IMG/VR virus record: IMGVR_UViG_3300036852_000388
Span: 1-43,979 of that record
Length of the DNA: 43,979 bases
Reading direction: 5' to 3' (one strand)
DNA from: a virus
Shown piece after piece: positions 18,691-26,407 of the stretch (its first letter is position 1; each line of letters starts with the position of its first letter). Below the pieces are notes generated by a model, which was given only the letters and a program-made list of their open reading frames with translations, did no database searches and was not told the origin of the DNA. Both the position numbers and the translations under genes were made by a program.

Positions 18691-18979
18691 GAAACTTGCC
18701 GTTTCAGCGATGGTGCTAGCCGAGCAGTCCTCCAAGGCTCCACAGCTGCCGGCAGCGCTGCAGAAGTGCCTCCAGCGCAGCCTGAGAGCCAAGCAGGCGG
18801 CCAAGAAGGCCAAGAGCAAGGCTGCCGTGGCTGAGGCCGCATCCGACACCCCGCCGCCGGCACCATCAGCTGACGCTCTGGTGCTGGCCAACCTCAAGAG
18901 CAAGCAGGACCGTGAGGCCTGTGCCTATCAGCTGCTCAAGTGGCATGAGGATCAGCGAGCAAAGGTGGCAAAAAAGTAG
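18557..18979 (+). CDS. o-spanin (Rz1-like lipoprotein), overlapped arrangement
   Basis: Signal and lipobox LLLATLGASLMGC. Starts inside the i-spanin gene and extends beyond it. Pro-rich stretch PPPAP. Confidence 0.65.
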   Translation: MNGRRFAGNSTTTRWLLLATLGASLMGCSTSFEEVQRYAQSAEAEKLAVSAMVLAEQSSKAPQLPAALQKCLQRSLRAKQAAKKAKSKAAVAEAASDTPPPAPSADALVLANLKSKQDREACAYQLLKWHEDQRAKVAKK

Positions 18980-19113
18980 TCTTCGGCACCAGCACGGCGC
19001 GGTAGAATTCTTCCCATTTAAGAAGCTTGGCGCGCAGCTCCTCGTTCTCCCTCTGCGCGTCGCACAGCATAGCCTCCAGGCCGGCAATGCGTAGCTCCAG
19101 ATCGCTGCTCATC
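18937..19113 (-). CDS. Hypothetical coiled-coil mini-protein (58 aa; below the ORF-track cutoff)
   Basis: MSSDLELRIAGLEAMLCDAQRENEELRAKLLKWEEFY. Third positions are G/C-rich. The 3' end is antisense to the o-spanin tail. Confidence 0.35.
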
Positions 19114-19290
19114 GGCGGGCGACACCTCTATCTAAGTCGTTGATATTCCAGGTGCTGATCCTGGGCGACAGAGTCGCCTTAAGCCATTGATTTTGCAGGT
19201 CTGTCCATGGTCCTCTCCTGGGCACCACAGAGCGAAAATATCCTGCAAAATCAATAGCTGGGCGACTCTCAGAAATCACTTGGGCGACAT
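19114..19290. other. Candidate attP region
   Basis: Low-GC non-coding gap near int. 14-bp inverted repeat ATTGATTTTGCAGG (19185-19198) / CCTGCAAAATCAAT (19241-19254). Four direct GGGCGAC copies (19117, 19163, 19259, 19282). Confidence 0.35.
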
Positions 19291-19437
19291 TGCGTTTTCA
19301 TTCCGTACCGTCCAAAGGTGGTCCTCGACCTTCTTAAGGATGGCCCCAATATCCAGATCTGCCTCGATCACACCGTCATCATTTGTGTTCACCTTGATGG
19401 CCCCGTAGAGCAGCATCAGCATTTCCCGATCCGTCAT
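19276..19437 (-). CDS. Hypothetical 53-aa protein translationally coupled to the integrase
   Basis: ATGA overlap with the int stop. MTDREMLMLLYGAIKVNTNDDGVIEADLDIGAILKKVEDHLW. Confidence 0.45.
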   Translation of the reverse strand: MTDREMLMLLYGAIKVNTNDDGVIEADLDIGAILKKVEDHLWTVRNENAMSPK

Positions 19438-20489
19438 TGCTTACTCCTCACAAGTAACCCCATTGCATCCCCCGCCATCTTCCTGCGCTCGGCCGTGCGC
19501 GTATAGTGCTCGGCCTCCTTCAGTGTGAGCCATCCGAAGATGGCCATGAGCTGCTGACTGGTCGCGCCGTTCTCCGCTGCCAGCGTTGCCGCCGCCTTGC
19601 GCAGTCCATGTGCTGAGCACTGAGGCAGGCCGGCCTGGTCGCACCAGTCGCGAAACTTCCCCCCAAACCCGTTGGCCGTGAATGGCCGCCCATAGTCCGT
19701 CACCAGGAACGTGAGGTCGCCCGTCGGGCTGGCCTCGATGATGCGTTGAAGCTCCGGCAGCACCGGAGCCTCGACCGTCACCAGGTTCTTGAGTGCTTTG
19801 AACTTGATCCAGCCCGTCCGCACGTGCTGCTTGCCCAGCAGGACTACGTCCGAGCGGCGCACTCCGGTGTACATGAGCAGGGCCAGTGCCAGGCGGGCTT
19901 TGGTGCCGATGGGGTGGCGTTCCTCGAACTGCCGGACCTCCTCGACCTCCCAGCTGTGCCAGCCGGCGCTCTTGTTCTTGACCATCTCCAGGTCGCGCGC
20001 CGGGTTCGTCTCGACGTGCTCATCCTTCATGGCCCACTTGAACACTGCCCGGATGGCCTTCACCCGATTGTTGGCCGCCTCCGGCAGGTCAACCGCGCTC
20101 TTGCGGTCGCGGAGCACGCGCAGGGCCTTGGTGGTGAGCTGGGCCACGGGGACGGCTGCAAACGTCATAGCAGCCCCAGGCTTCACCGGTTCGTCCCAGG
20201 TGTGCTCCAGAATGCCCTTACGGGTGCGCTGGAACCGCTCGTCGAGCTGCTTGAAGGCGGGTGACTTCATGTATTGGACGCACAGCCACCGCCATGTGTC
20301 CGTGACGGGCCCTTGGGGCGCCTTGGCGGGCTGGTGCTGCCCAAGCAGGCGGGCGTACTCGGCGTGGAACTCAGGCGTATCCTTCGCCGCCTTCATCCTG
20401 ACCTTGCGGCCGCGACGGTGGCGCTGGAAATAACAGCGTCCGTCCGCGTATTCGCGTACGTACTTGATCCGCACGGTCTCCTCCCTCAC
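19434..20489 (-). CDS. int: Tyrosine integrase
   Basis: Catalytic signature TGVRRSD, AHGLRKAAAT and EHYTR. 351 aa. Adjacent to xis. Confidence 0.9.
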   Translation of the reverse strand: MREETVRIKYVREYADGRCYFQRHRRGRKVRMKAAKDTPEFHAEYARLLGQHQPAKAPQGPVTDTWRWLCVQYMKSPAFKQLDERFQRTRKGILEHTWDEPVKPGAAMTFAAVPVAQLTTKALRVLRDRKSAVDLPEAANNRVKAIRAVFKWAMKDEHVETNPARDLEMVKNKSAGWHSWEVEEVRQFEERHPIGTKARLALALLMYTGVRRSDVVLLGKQHVRTGWIKFKALKNLVTVEAPVLPELQRIIEASPTGDLTFLVTDYGRPFTANGFGGKFRDWCDQAGLPQCSAHGLRKAAATLAAENGATSQQLMAIFGWLTLKEAEHYTRTAERRKMAGDAMGLLVRSKQ

Positions 20490-20719
20490 AGGGCAAACTC
20501 CAGCTTTGGAGCCTCCCTATCGGGAAGGGCGTCAAACGCGAGATCAAGGGCGTGCCGGTCCCATACCAGCCGCCTGTTGATAACCTTGGGGCCAGGCATA
20601 CGGCCGTCGTCCACCATCTCATTGAAAGTGCCGGGGGAAATACCCAGATAGGCTGCCGCCTGCTCGCGGGAGAGACCACGGGGAGACGGAAGGGGCAGGA
20701 TTGGTCGACGCTCACTCAT
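20486..20719 (-). CDS. xis: Excisionase / AlpA-type HTH
   Basis: LSREQAAAYLGISPGTFNEMVDDGRMPGPKVI..RLVWDRHALD. GTGA overlap with the int start. Start taken at M28 of the long ORF. Confidence 0.7.
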   Translation of the reverse strand: MSERRPILPLPSPRGLSREQAAAYLGISPGTFNEMVDDGRMPGPKVINRRLVWDRHALDLAFDALPDREAPKLEFAL

Positions 20720-20906
20720 TGGCCGGCTGAGACTGCGTGCGCCGTTTGATGGCATGGAGCTGATGCTCTCGAATGCGAGTCTCGATAAGCGGCACTGCAT
20801 TACTCATCCGGCGAGATGCCCTCATGAGATTGTGTCTTTCGAGGATGGTGCGGCACTGCTCGATGGCATCCAGCACAGTCATCAGCTCGCGTACGACACC
20901 TTTCAT
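20712..20906 (-). CDS. Hypothetical protein (64 aa)
   Basis: Start MKGVV. Overlaps the xis start by 8 nt. Confidence 0.4.
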   Translation of the reverse strand: MKGVVRELMTVLDAIEQCRTILERHNLMRASRRMSNAVPLIETRIREHQLHAIKRRTQSQPANE

Positions 20907-21223
20907 CGTTGCCTCGCAAGGCCATGTTTCGGCGGAATAATTTCGCCCTCTTGCTCCCATGACCTGTCAATATAGTCGCGCATCACGGGCATAGCCGTCT
21001 CAGCTTCAACGATCCACTCGACCGTCAACACTCCCTTGCGGTCATGAAGCGAGGCGACCAATTCGCTGAATTCCTTTCCCAGCCCGTCTTGCTCAGCAAG
21101 AAGAAGGGAATTGTGAAACACTCTCAGAACTCGCTGAAGACGCCACGTTTCCCGATAGCATCCGACCTTGACCCAGGTATCGCGCAGCTCGTCCATGTAG
21201 ATGCTGTTCATCCGGTGCTCCAT
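20903..21223 (-). CDS. Hypothetical protein (106 aa)
   Basis: Start MEHRMNSIY shares the A of the upstream TGA. Confidence 0.45.
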   Translation of the reverse strand: MEHRMNSIYMDELRDTWVKVGCYRETWRLQRVLRVFHNSLLLAEQDGLGKEFSELVASLHDRKGVLTVEWIVEAETAMPVMRDYIDRSWEQEGEIIPPKHGLARQR

Positions 21224-21615
21224 CACGCCATTCCCCCGACACGCATGCTCAGCCATGCCGCCGAGAGCCAGAGGCCAGTCGCCAGGGCGGACATGTGGCC
21301 GTTGCCGTGACTGCGCACGGTGTCCATGATGCGCTGGGTCAGTCGCGGATCAGGATCCGTTACCCGGTCATGCTCCATCGCAGCCACGATGCTGGGGAAC
21401 GGCTCAATCTGCTCTTGCTGGGCAGGCAGAGAGGATGTCTGGGGCTGGTAGGGGGACTCCTTGCAGATCGTGCCGACGTGCATGGCGACCCAGCCAAGGA
21501 TCTCAGGCAGCGTGGTGCGGCATGCCGAGCGCTCCTGATCCTCCATCTTCAGCAGAGCCGAATAGCCATAGTCGTCGGCCTTCTCGATAGTCAGGGTGAA
21601 CTTGGTCCGCTTCAT
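21223..21615 (-). CDS. Hypothetical protein (130 aa)
   Basis: Compact ORF in the operon with no recognisable motif. Confidence 0.5.
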   Translation of the reverse strand: MKRTKFTLTIEKADDYGYSALLKMEDQERSACRTTLPEILGWVAMHVGTICKESPYQPQTSSLPAQQEQIEPFPSIVAAMEHDRVTDPDPRLTQRIMDTVRSHGNGHMSALATGLWLSAAWLSMRVGGMA

Positions 21616-21655
21616 GGTCTGTCCTTTCAGTGCCCCCCAAGGCCCCGAAAGCTAT

Positions 21656-22114
21656 TCACCTCGGACGGAAAACCTCCGCCTTGTGCTTCGGACACCACGA
21701 CCCACCGTCAGTCTTCTCACCGCAGTAGATCAGGGTGTCGAGGGTCAGAAGCTCCGGCCGCTCCCCGATGGCGCGGCAGTTGTTGGCCTCCAGTTTGTCG
21801 ATGCTCTTTGTCGGGATTACGTTGAGCAGCGGCAGATGCGGGCTAGCTCGCTTGCCATCCTTGACGCATTTGGGCTGCGCCTCCGGTTTGGCCTTGGGAG
21901 GAGCAATGATTTTCTTCTTCATCACTACCTTCCGAGTTTGAGATATATAAAGCTCGCGAGACCGCAGCTTGATTCCATTCCTATGGCAGAGGCCGGTGAC
22001 GGCACTTCTGGTCTTGCCTACAGCCTTAGCTATTTCCCCCGCGGAGTGCCCCTCGACCACCAACTGGCGCACCCTCTGCAGCAGCTCCTGCTTCTCGCTT
22101 TTCTTGCTCGGCAT
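21656..22114 (-). CDS. gcrA-like: GcrA-like cell-cycle regulator homologue
   Basis: N-terminus LVVEGHSAGEIAKAVGKTRSAVTGLCHRNGIKL. C-terminus CRAIGE...IYCGEKTDGGSWCPKH. Both match the conserved ends of GcrA. Confidence 0.75.
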   Translation of the reverse strand: MPSKKSEKQELLQRVRQLVVEGHSAGEIAKAVGKTRSAVTGLCHRNGIKLRSRELYISQTRKVVMKKKIIAPPKAKPEAQPKCVKDGKRASPHLPLLNVIPTKSIDKLEANNCRAIGERPELLTLDTLIYCGEKTDGGSWCPKHKAEVFRPR

Positions 22115-22180
22115 GCCGCTTCCTGCGCTCCTTCCGCCGTCGGCGCTCTCTGGCGCCGCTGACCCCCGACTTGCGCTTGC

Positions 22181-22714
22181 TCAAGCCGCCCTCGCCATCT
22201 GCTTGGCCTTCCCTGGCCCCTTCGCCATCGCCCGCAAGTCCTCCGGATCAGTGCCGGGCACGATCTCGCGGCAGATGTAGTCCAGGGCCTTGTCGATGAG
22301 GGCGCCCATCTCCTCCTTGCCCAGATTGCGAGTGCGGCGGGGCGTCTTCATGATGATCTCGTTGGTCTTGCGGTCGACGAAGAACTCCACGTGGAAGGCC
22401 GCCCTGATTGCTTGTGTCGCCTCCCGCGTCATCGCCCGCGCCTCGAACCGCTTCACATCGCAGTGCCCGACCGCATTGAGCACGTGGGCTTTCAGATGCT
22501 CCCACGTCGGCTGTTGTGGACCGGCCTGCTGGGACGCGTGGGCGTTCTGGAGGATGACGTGGAAGTAGCTGTTCTGCCGGCCTGAGCGCCTGCTGGACGT
22601 GCGCGCAATGATCTCCTGCCCCGGCTTGTATTCCGCACTGGCGGCGTCGAAGTCCGCCTTGGTTGCGGTCACGAAATGACCGGGGCTGATGAACTTCAGG
22701 CGGAGATCCAGCAT
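22181..22714 (-). CDS. Hypothetical protein, possibly a NinB/Orf-type recombination mediator
   Basis: RRSGRQNSYFHVIL compares with lambda NinB RSLDQNRKLWACL. Lies next to the exonuclease. Confidence 0.3.
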   Translation of the reverse strand: MLDLRLKFISPGHFVTATKADFDAASAEYKPGQEIIARTSSRRSGRQNSYFHVILQNAHASQQAGPQQPTWEHLKAHVLNAVGHCDVKRFEARAMTREATQAIRAAFHVEFFVDRKTNEIIMKTPRRTRNLGKEEMGALIDKALDYICREIVPGTDPEDLRAMAKGPGKAKQMARAA

Positions 22715-23532
22715 CACGCCACCTTCCTCATCTGCGCCTCGGTCGGCACCTGCCGCATCCAGCGGTCAAAGTCGACCAGCCGCCGCCACGCCTCCTTTGC
22801 CGCGTCGGTATGCTGCGGCCCGCGAACATGCGGCGTGCACTTGCCGGTCTTCTTGTTCAGGTGGATCGCGTAGTGCCAAACAGGTTCGTTGAAGCCCAAC
22901 TCCTCCTGCAGCGCGACCTCGTAGGCGGACATCTGCAGCCACGTCTCGGGGTAGATCTTCTCCCCGCCCGACTTGAAGTCGAGGACGGCCAGATGATTGT
23001 TGATGACGCCGAAGCGATCGCACCGGCCGGCGTACCGCAGATCGCGGGAGAACACCTTGCGTTCGAGGTCCGCGCTTCCGAAGCGCTGGGCCGCCATCCA
23101 TTCTTTGAGAGACAGAGCGCAGTTGCTGGCGATCAGTTGATCCTCGACCGGCAGCTTGGCGACCATGCCCGGGTCGGGCTCGCGGCCTTCCTGAACGCAC
23201 TCGGCGATGTCGTGGAGCACGTTGCCGATGTCGGCGGCGGCCTCCTTCTTGACCCGGTGCGCCTGGCGGGCCTCCTGACAAATGTTCTCCAGCGTGCCGA
23301 ACCGGAAGCCCTCTGGGAACTCCGCAGCCTTCTTACGAACGTGCTCGATTGCCGTATCCGCAGCCCACTGAATGAGTCCGGGCTTATCGAGGCGCTTGAT
23401 GATGGTGGTGACGGACGGCACGTGTTCGCCGTCCCAGAAGTACATGTGGCGCCGGTGCTCATAGGTGAGCGGCTTGCCGTAGAACATCACGGGCCGCTGC
23501 CACTCCGGCGTCTCGGGCTGGGGGAGATTCAT
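22714..23532 (-). CDS. PD-(D/E)XK (Cas4/RecB-like) exonuclease
   Basis: GRCDRFG..LAVLDFKSG..QMSAY motifs. Confidence 0.75.
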   Translation of the reverse strand: MNLPQPETPEWQRPVMFYGKPLTYEHRRHMYFWDGEHVPSVTTIIKRLDKPGLIQWAADTAIEHVRKKAAEFPEGFRFGTLENICQEARQAHRVKKEAAADIGNVLHDIAECVQEGREPDPGMVAKLPVEDQLIASNCALSLKEWMAAQRFGSADLERKVFSRDLRYAGRCDRFGVINNHLAVLDFKSGGEKIYPETWLQMSAYEVALQEELGFNEPVWHYAIHLNKKTGKCTPHVRGPQHTDAAKEAWRRLVDFDRWMRQVPTEAQMRKVA

Positions 23533-23535
23533 GGC

Positions 23536-23730
23536 CTACATTTCGGTTGGGTTGCCGTTCTTATCTATCCACTGCGCTCCGCCGCAGTGGGGGCATTCGT
23601 CAGCATCCGCGCCAACGCTGCCCGTGCCGCGGCATACATGGCAGGGCCGGCAGCCAGCATCGCGCATTGCCTGCACCGCGCTGTGCCAACGCTCTGCCGC
23701 ATCGTAAGCGTCGTCTGCTGCGTCACCCAT
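23536..23730 (-). CDS. DnaJ-type zinc-finger mini-protein (64 aa)
   Basis: CHVCRGTG and CPHCGG motifs. Confidence 0.55.
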   Translation of the reverse strand: MGDAADDAYDAAERWHSAVQAMRDAGCRPCHVCRGTGSVGADADECPHCGGAQWIDKNGNPTEM

Positions 23731-23739
23731 GGCCGCGCC

Positions 23740-24393
23740 TTACGTGCACGGAGCGAAGGGGATTTCGTCGTCGAAGCCGTTCCCGCCACCCACAGCCGCG
23801 CGCGTCTCCGCACCTGCTCCAGGCCGGAACAGCTCATGATACTCCGGCGACTTCTTGATGGTGGCCTGCAGCCCGTCGGACAGCCCGTCGAACACCTTCT
23901 GATCGAACAGCCCGCGTTCGAGCGCCAGGAAGGCCGTGGGGTTGACCAACTGCCCGGCCTGCATGCCCTTGGGCAGCTTCAGGACCGACGCCACATTGGC
24001 GTAGGCCTTGCCTTCCTTCTCGCTGTGCACGATTGCGAGCATGCACGCCTTACTCAGCAGGTTGCGCACGTCGAAGCCACCGGGGCCGAAGTCCTTTTCC
24101 TGAAACTTCAGTCCGCGCCAGCTCTCCAGCATTTTCCTGAGCGTGGCCTTCTCATGCATCGACCACGTGAACCGCTGATGGATGGTCATGGGCATCATCT
24201 CGCCCTCGACCTCCATCATGCACTCGTCGTCCTTGAGCTCCCAGCTGAGCAGGATCTTGTGCTGCTCCTTCTGGTCGCCTTTGAACGTCGTCTGCTGGGT
24301 GCCCAGGTCAATGAAGCGGTAGCAGATGGCCGGGAATGTGCCGGCTGGCGGCGGGGCGAAATCGCTGCCCTCAGATGGTTTTGGTAGATGCAT
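23740..24393 (-). CDS. Non-canonical SSB-like protein (DUF669-like) with acidic tip
   Basis: C-terminus ends ..GFDDEIPFAPCT, containing the canonical SSB DDxIPF tip. Lies in the recombination module. Confidence 0.55.
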   Translation of the reverse strand: MHLPKPSEGSDFAPPPAGTFPAICYRFIDLGTQQTTFKGDQKEQHKILLSWELKDDECMMEVEGEMMPMTIHQRFTWSMHEKATLRKMLESWRGLKFQEKDFGPGGFDVRNLLSKACMLAIVHSEKEGKAYANVASVLKLPKGMQAGQLVNPTAFLALERGLFDQKVFDGLSDGLQATIKKSPEYHELFRPGAGAETRAAVGGGNGFDDEIPFAPCT

Positions 24394-24396
24394 GGC

Positions 24397-24732
24397 TCAA
24401 ACTCCGAAGAGCGCTTTGATGATCTCGCGGCGCCGCCAGTCATCACCGATGTTTTTGGCGGCTGTCTTGAGCATGCCCTCAGCGAGACTGTCAGAAATGG
24501 TCGATATGGACTTGAGGGCGGCTTCGATGATCGCGCCCTTCTGTGCGACCAGCTCCTCTCTGATGACTGGGATGATCTCGGCCTCGACGAACTTGTTTAC
24601 GGCCTCGCTGATCTGGCTATTGATCGTCCAACGGTGCTCTTCAAGCAGGCTCTTTACAGCCCGCTCTTTCACGGTGGCCTCGATATCGGCCTTGTTGGCC
24701 TCAAGGAATTCACGAAGCTGATCTTCGGTCAT
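24397..24732 (-). CDS. Hypothetical protein (111 aa)
   Basis: SD GAGGAAGG precedes ATG 24732. The longer ORF start was rejected. Confidence 0.5.
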   Translation of the reverse strand: MTEDQLREFLEANKADIEATVKERAVKSLLEEHRWTINSQISEAVNKFVEAEIIPVIREELVAQKGAIIEAALKSISTISDSLAEGMLKTAAKNIGDDWRRREIIKALFGV

Positions 24733-24850
24733 AAGGGCCTTCCTCGATGAATGGTTGGGTGGCGGGAGGCACCTGGATGGCACCGCAGAGAACGCTGTAT
24801 CTTCGCTCTGCTCAGCCTTGGTGCGGGCAAGGCCGATCCCGCCAAACTCG

Positions 24851-25270
24851 TCAGTGACGCGCCGCTGACTGCTCGGCGCACATCGGCGCAAGCAGTGTTG
24901 CCAATGCCGACGCTTCCCGATGCAGCTCGCGCATCAGCAGGTTGCGCGGGTCGAGGTCTGAGGGCTGCAGGCGGCTGATGGCGTTCCGCAGCAGTAGGCA
25001 CGTATAGGCGCCGCCTGAGATTTGCTCGTTGAGCGCAGCCGAGAGGCGAACCTGCGCATCCATGGCCTCGCGCGCCTGATTTGTGATCTTCTCGATCATC
25101 TGCACGATGGGGTCCTCGTTGGTCTTCACCGGCTCCAGGTTGGCCGGCGGCGGCTCGGCGCCCGGATCGCCCGGCTGCACGCCAGGATCGTCGAGGGGCT
25201 CACCAGGGAACGGCTCAGCCGCTCCAAAACCAGGACCGCTGAGAGCAGGGAAATTCACGACAGACGACAT
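24851..25270 (-). CDS. Hypothetical protein (139 aa)
   Basis: SD AAGGAG lies 8 nt before the start MSSVV. Confidence 0.5.
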   Translation of the reverse strand: MSSVVNFPALSGPGFGAAEPFPGEPLDDPGVQPGDPGAEPPPANLEPVKTNEDPIVQMIEKITNQAREAMDAQVRLSAALNEQISGGAYTCLLLRNAISRLQPSDLDPRNLLMRELHREASALATLLAPMCAEQSAARH

Positions 25271-25353
25271 GATGCGCACTCCTTACTTGCTGGGTTTGGG
25301 GCCTTTGGAACTGGTCTGCGATGGGGCGGTGGTGGTGCTTTTTGTCATGACGC

Positions 25354-25644
25354 TCACTCACCGCAATAGTTGCGGAGCGTATGCAGCTCCCAGAGCTGAT
25401 CGGCGCGAGCCGCGTCCACTTCTGCGTCAGCCCAACCGTGCTGGAACTGAGCCGCAGCCATGCAACCAGCTGGGAACGGGCACTCGGGCTGTCCCAGGCG
25501 ATAAGCCTCAAGGCCGAGCAGGAAACCCCAGTGGGTGGGGTCGGGGGGAATGCTGCTGGCGCCGGCGGCGACCACAGCAGCGGCAACAAGATCAGAGCCG
25601 GCCTGAGGCTGTGCATGGGCGGGCTCCTGAATATCGAAACTCAT
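25354..25644 (-). CDS. First gene of the leftward early operon, hypothetical (96 aa)
   Basis: SD GGGAG lies upstream of ATG 25644. Confidence 0.5.
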   Translation of the reverse strand: MSFDIQEPAHAQPQAGSDLVAAAVVAAGASSIPPDPTHWGFLLGLEAYRLGQPECPFPAGCMAAAQFQHGWADAEVDAARADQLWELHTLRNYCGE

Positions 25645-25669
25645 GTTCCAATCCACTCCCGGAAAAGTG

Positions 25670-25705
25670 GCCCCCAGCGCGCGGGGGAGGTACCGCTGGG
25701 GGCCA
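25670..25705 (-). promoter_or_regulatory. GC-rich 11-bp-stem hairpin in the left-operon leader (attenuator/terminator-like)
   Basis: GGCCCCCAGCG..14 nt..CGCTGGGGGCC, followed on the minus strand by acTTTTcc and then the SD. Confidence 0.4.
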
Positions 25706-25775
25706 AGGCACCGACCCAGGGAGGGCCTGGGGTGATCACCGTGTACCGGCGGGTAGCAGCGGCGATCACAAGTAC

Positions 25776-25820
25776 ACCCTACTTAAGCCGGGTTTAATTT
25801 GTCAACCAAGAAAATTAAAC
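25776..25820 (-). promoter_or_regulatory. PL-like promoter with overlapping 9-N11-9 palindromic operator
   Basis: Minus strand reads TTGACA-N18-TAGGGT. Palindrome GTTTAATTT (25792-25800) / AAATTAAAC (25812-25820) spans the -35. Confidence 0.4.
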
Positions 25821-25848
25821 GCGGTCAAAGATGCTTGAAGCAGCACGC

Positions 25849-25886
25849 AAAATAAAATTCGACCGCGCCCGGGAAGGACGCGGTTG
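25849..25886 (-). terminator. Intrinsic terminator after the repressor gene
   Basis: Minus strand reads ACCGCG-tccttcccggg-CGCGGT followed by cgaaTTTTATTTT. Confidence 0.5.
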
Positions 25887-25933
25887 GATAGGCGCTGAGA
25901 TGAAGAAGAGTGGGGGGGGGCTGCGGAGAAGGC

Positions 25934-26317
25934 TTACGCGGCGCTTTGACTGTGGCGCCGGGACTTGGGCCGAACGATTTTGACCTCTTGGGCCCGTTCT
26001 TGCTCAGCAGCCTCGTAGGCAGCGTTTTCAGCCTCGCCAAGGGCCTCGATGGCTTTCGCCAGCCATGACGGCAGGCGGTCTGGCACGGCGAGGTAGATCC
26101 AGTCGAGTGTGAGCTTGTGCGCCTTCACGAGCTTGATCGCACCACGTGGGGGCGGACAGACAGCGCCTTTCTCCCACTGGTTGTATGATTCCGGGCTGAC
26201 GCCGGCCTCAGCCGCGAAGTCTTTCTGCGTCCGGTTCATGGCGCGGCGCGTGAGACTAAGACGCCTCCCGAGCAAGAGGTTCTCTTCTGAGCGCAGATTC
26301 TTTGGCTTTCCTGCCAT
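25934..26317 (-). CDS. CI-like XRE-family repressor (127 aa, HTH only)
   Basis: LSLTRRAMNRTQKDFAAEAGVSPESYNQWEKG is an HTH. Divergent from the cro-like gene. Start taken at MAGKPKN. Confidence 0.65.
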   Translation of the reverse strand: MAGKPKNLRSEENLLLGRRLSLTRRAMNRTQKDFAAEAGVSPESYNQWEKGAVCPPPRGAIKLVKAHKLTLDWIYLAVPDRLPSWLAKAIEALGEAENAAYEAAEQERAQEVKIVRPKSRRHSQSAA

Positions 26318-26346
26318 GAGCCCGGAGATACGCGATTTCCGGGCTC
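26318..26346. promoter_or_regulatory. 9-N11-9 perfect palindrome abutting the repressor start
   Basis: GAGCCCGGA-gatacgcgatt-TCCGGGCTC. Confidence 0.45.
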
Positions 26347-26370
26347 GATTCCATTCAGGCGTGGTTAGGA

Positions 26371-26400
26371 TTGACGCCTTAAACCTGGTTAAAGTATCTT
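26371..26400 (+). promoter_or_regulatory. PR-like promoter; the cro-like mRNA is probably leaderless
   Basis: TTGACG-N18-TATCTT. The -10 ends 7 nt before ATG 26408 and there is no SD. Confidence 0.4.
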
Positions 26401-26407
26401 GAACTCT

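Noticed and set aside
19199-19240. tRNA 3'-end-like string (..cctctcctgggcacca) in the attP candidate core.
   Set aside because: It ends in CCA with a plausible acceptor strand. However, the preceding bases give no T-stem complement and no TTCRA-type T-loop, so it is not a tRNA fragment on the evidence available.
25283-25348. 21-aa ORF (MTKSTTTAPSQTSSKGPKPSK) between two left-operon genes.
   Set aside because: It is too short and low in complexity to support, and has no SD. It is probably just intergenic sequence.
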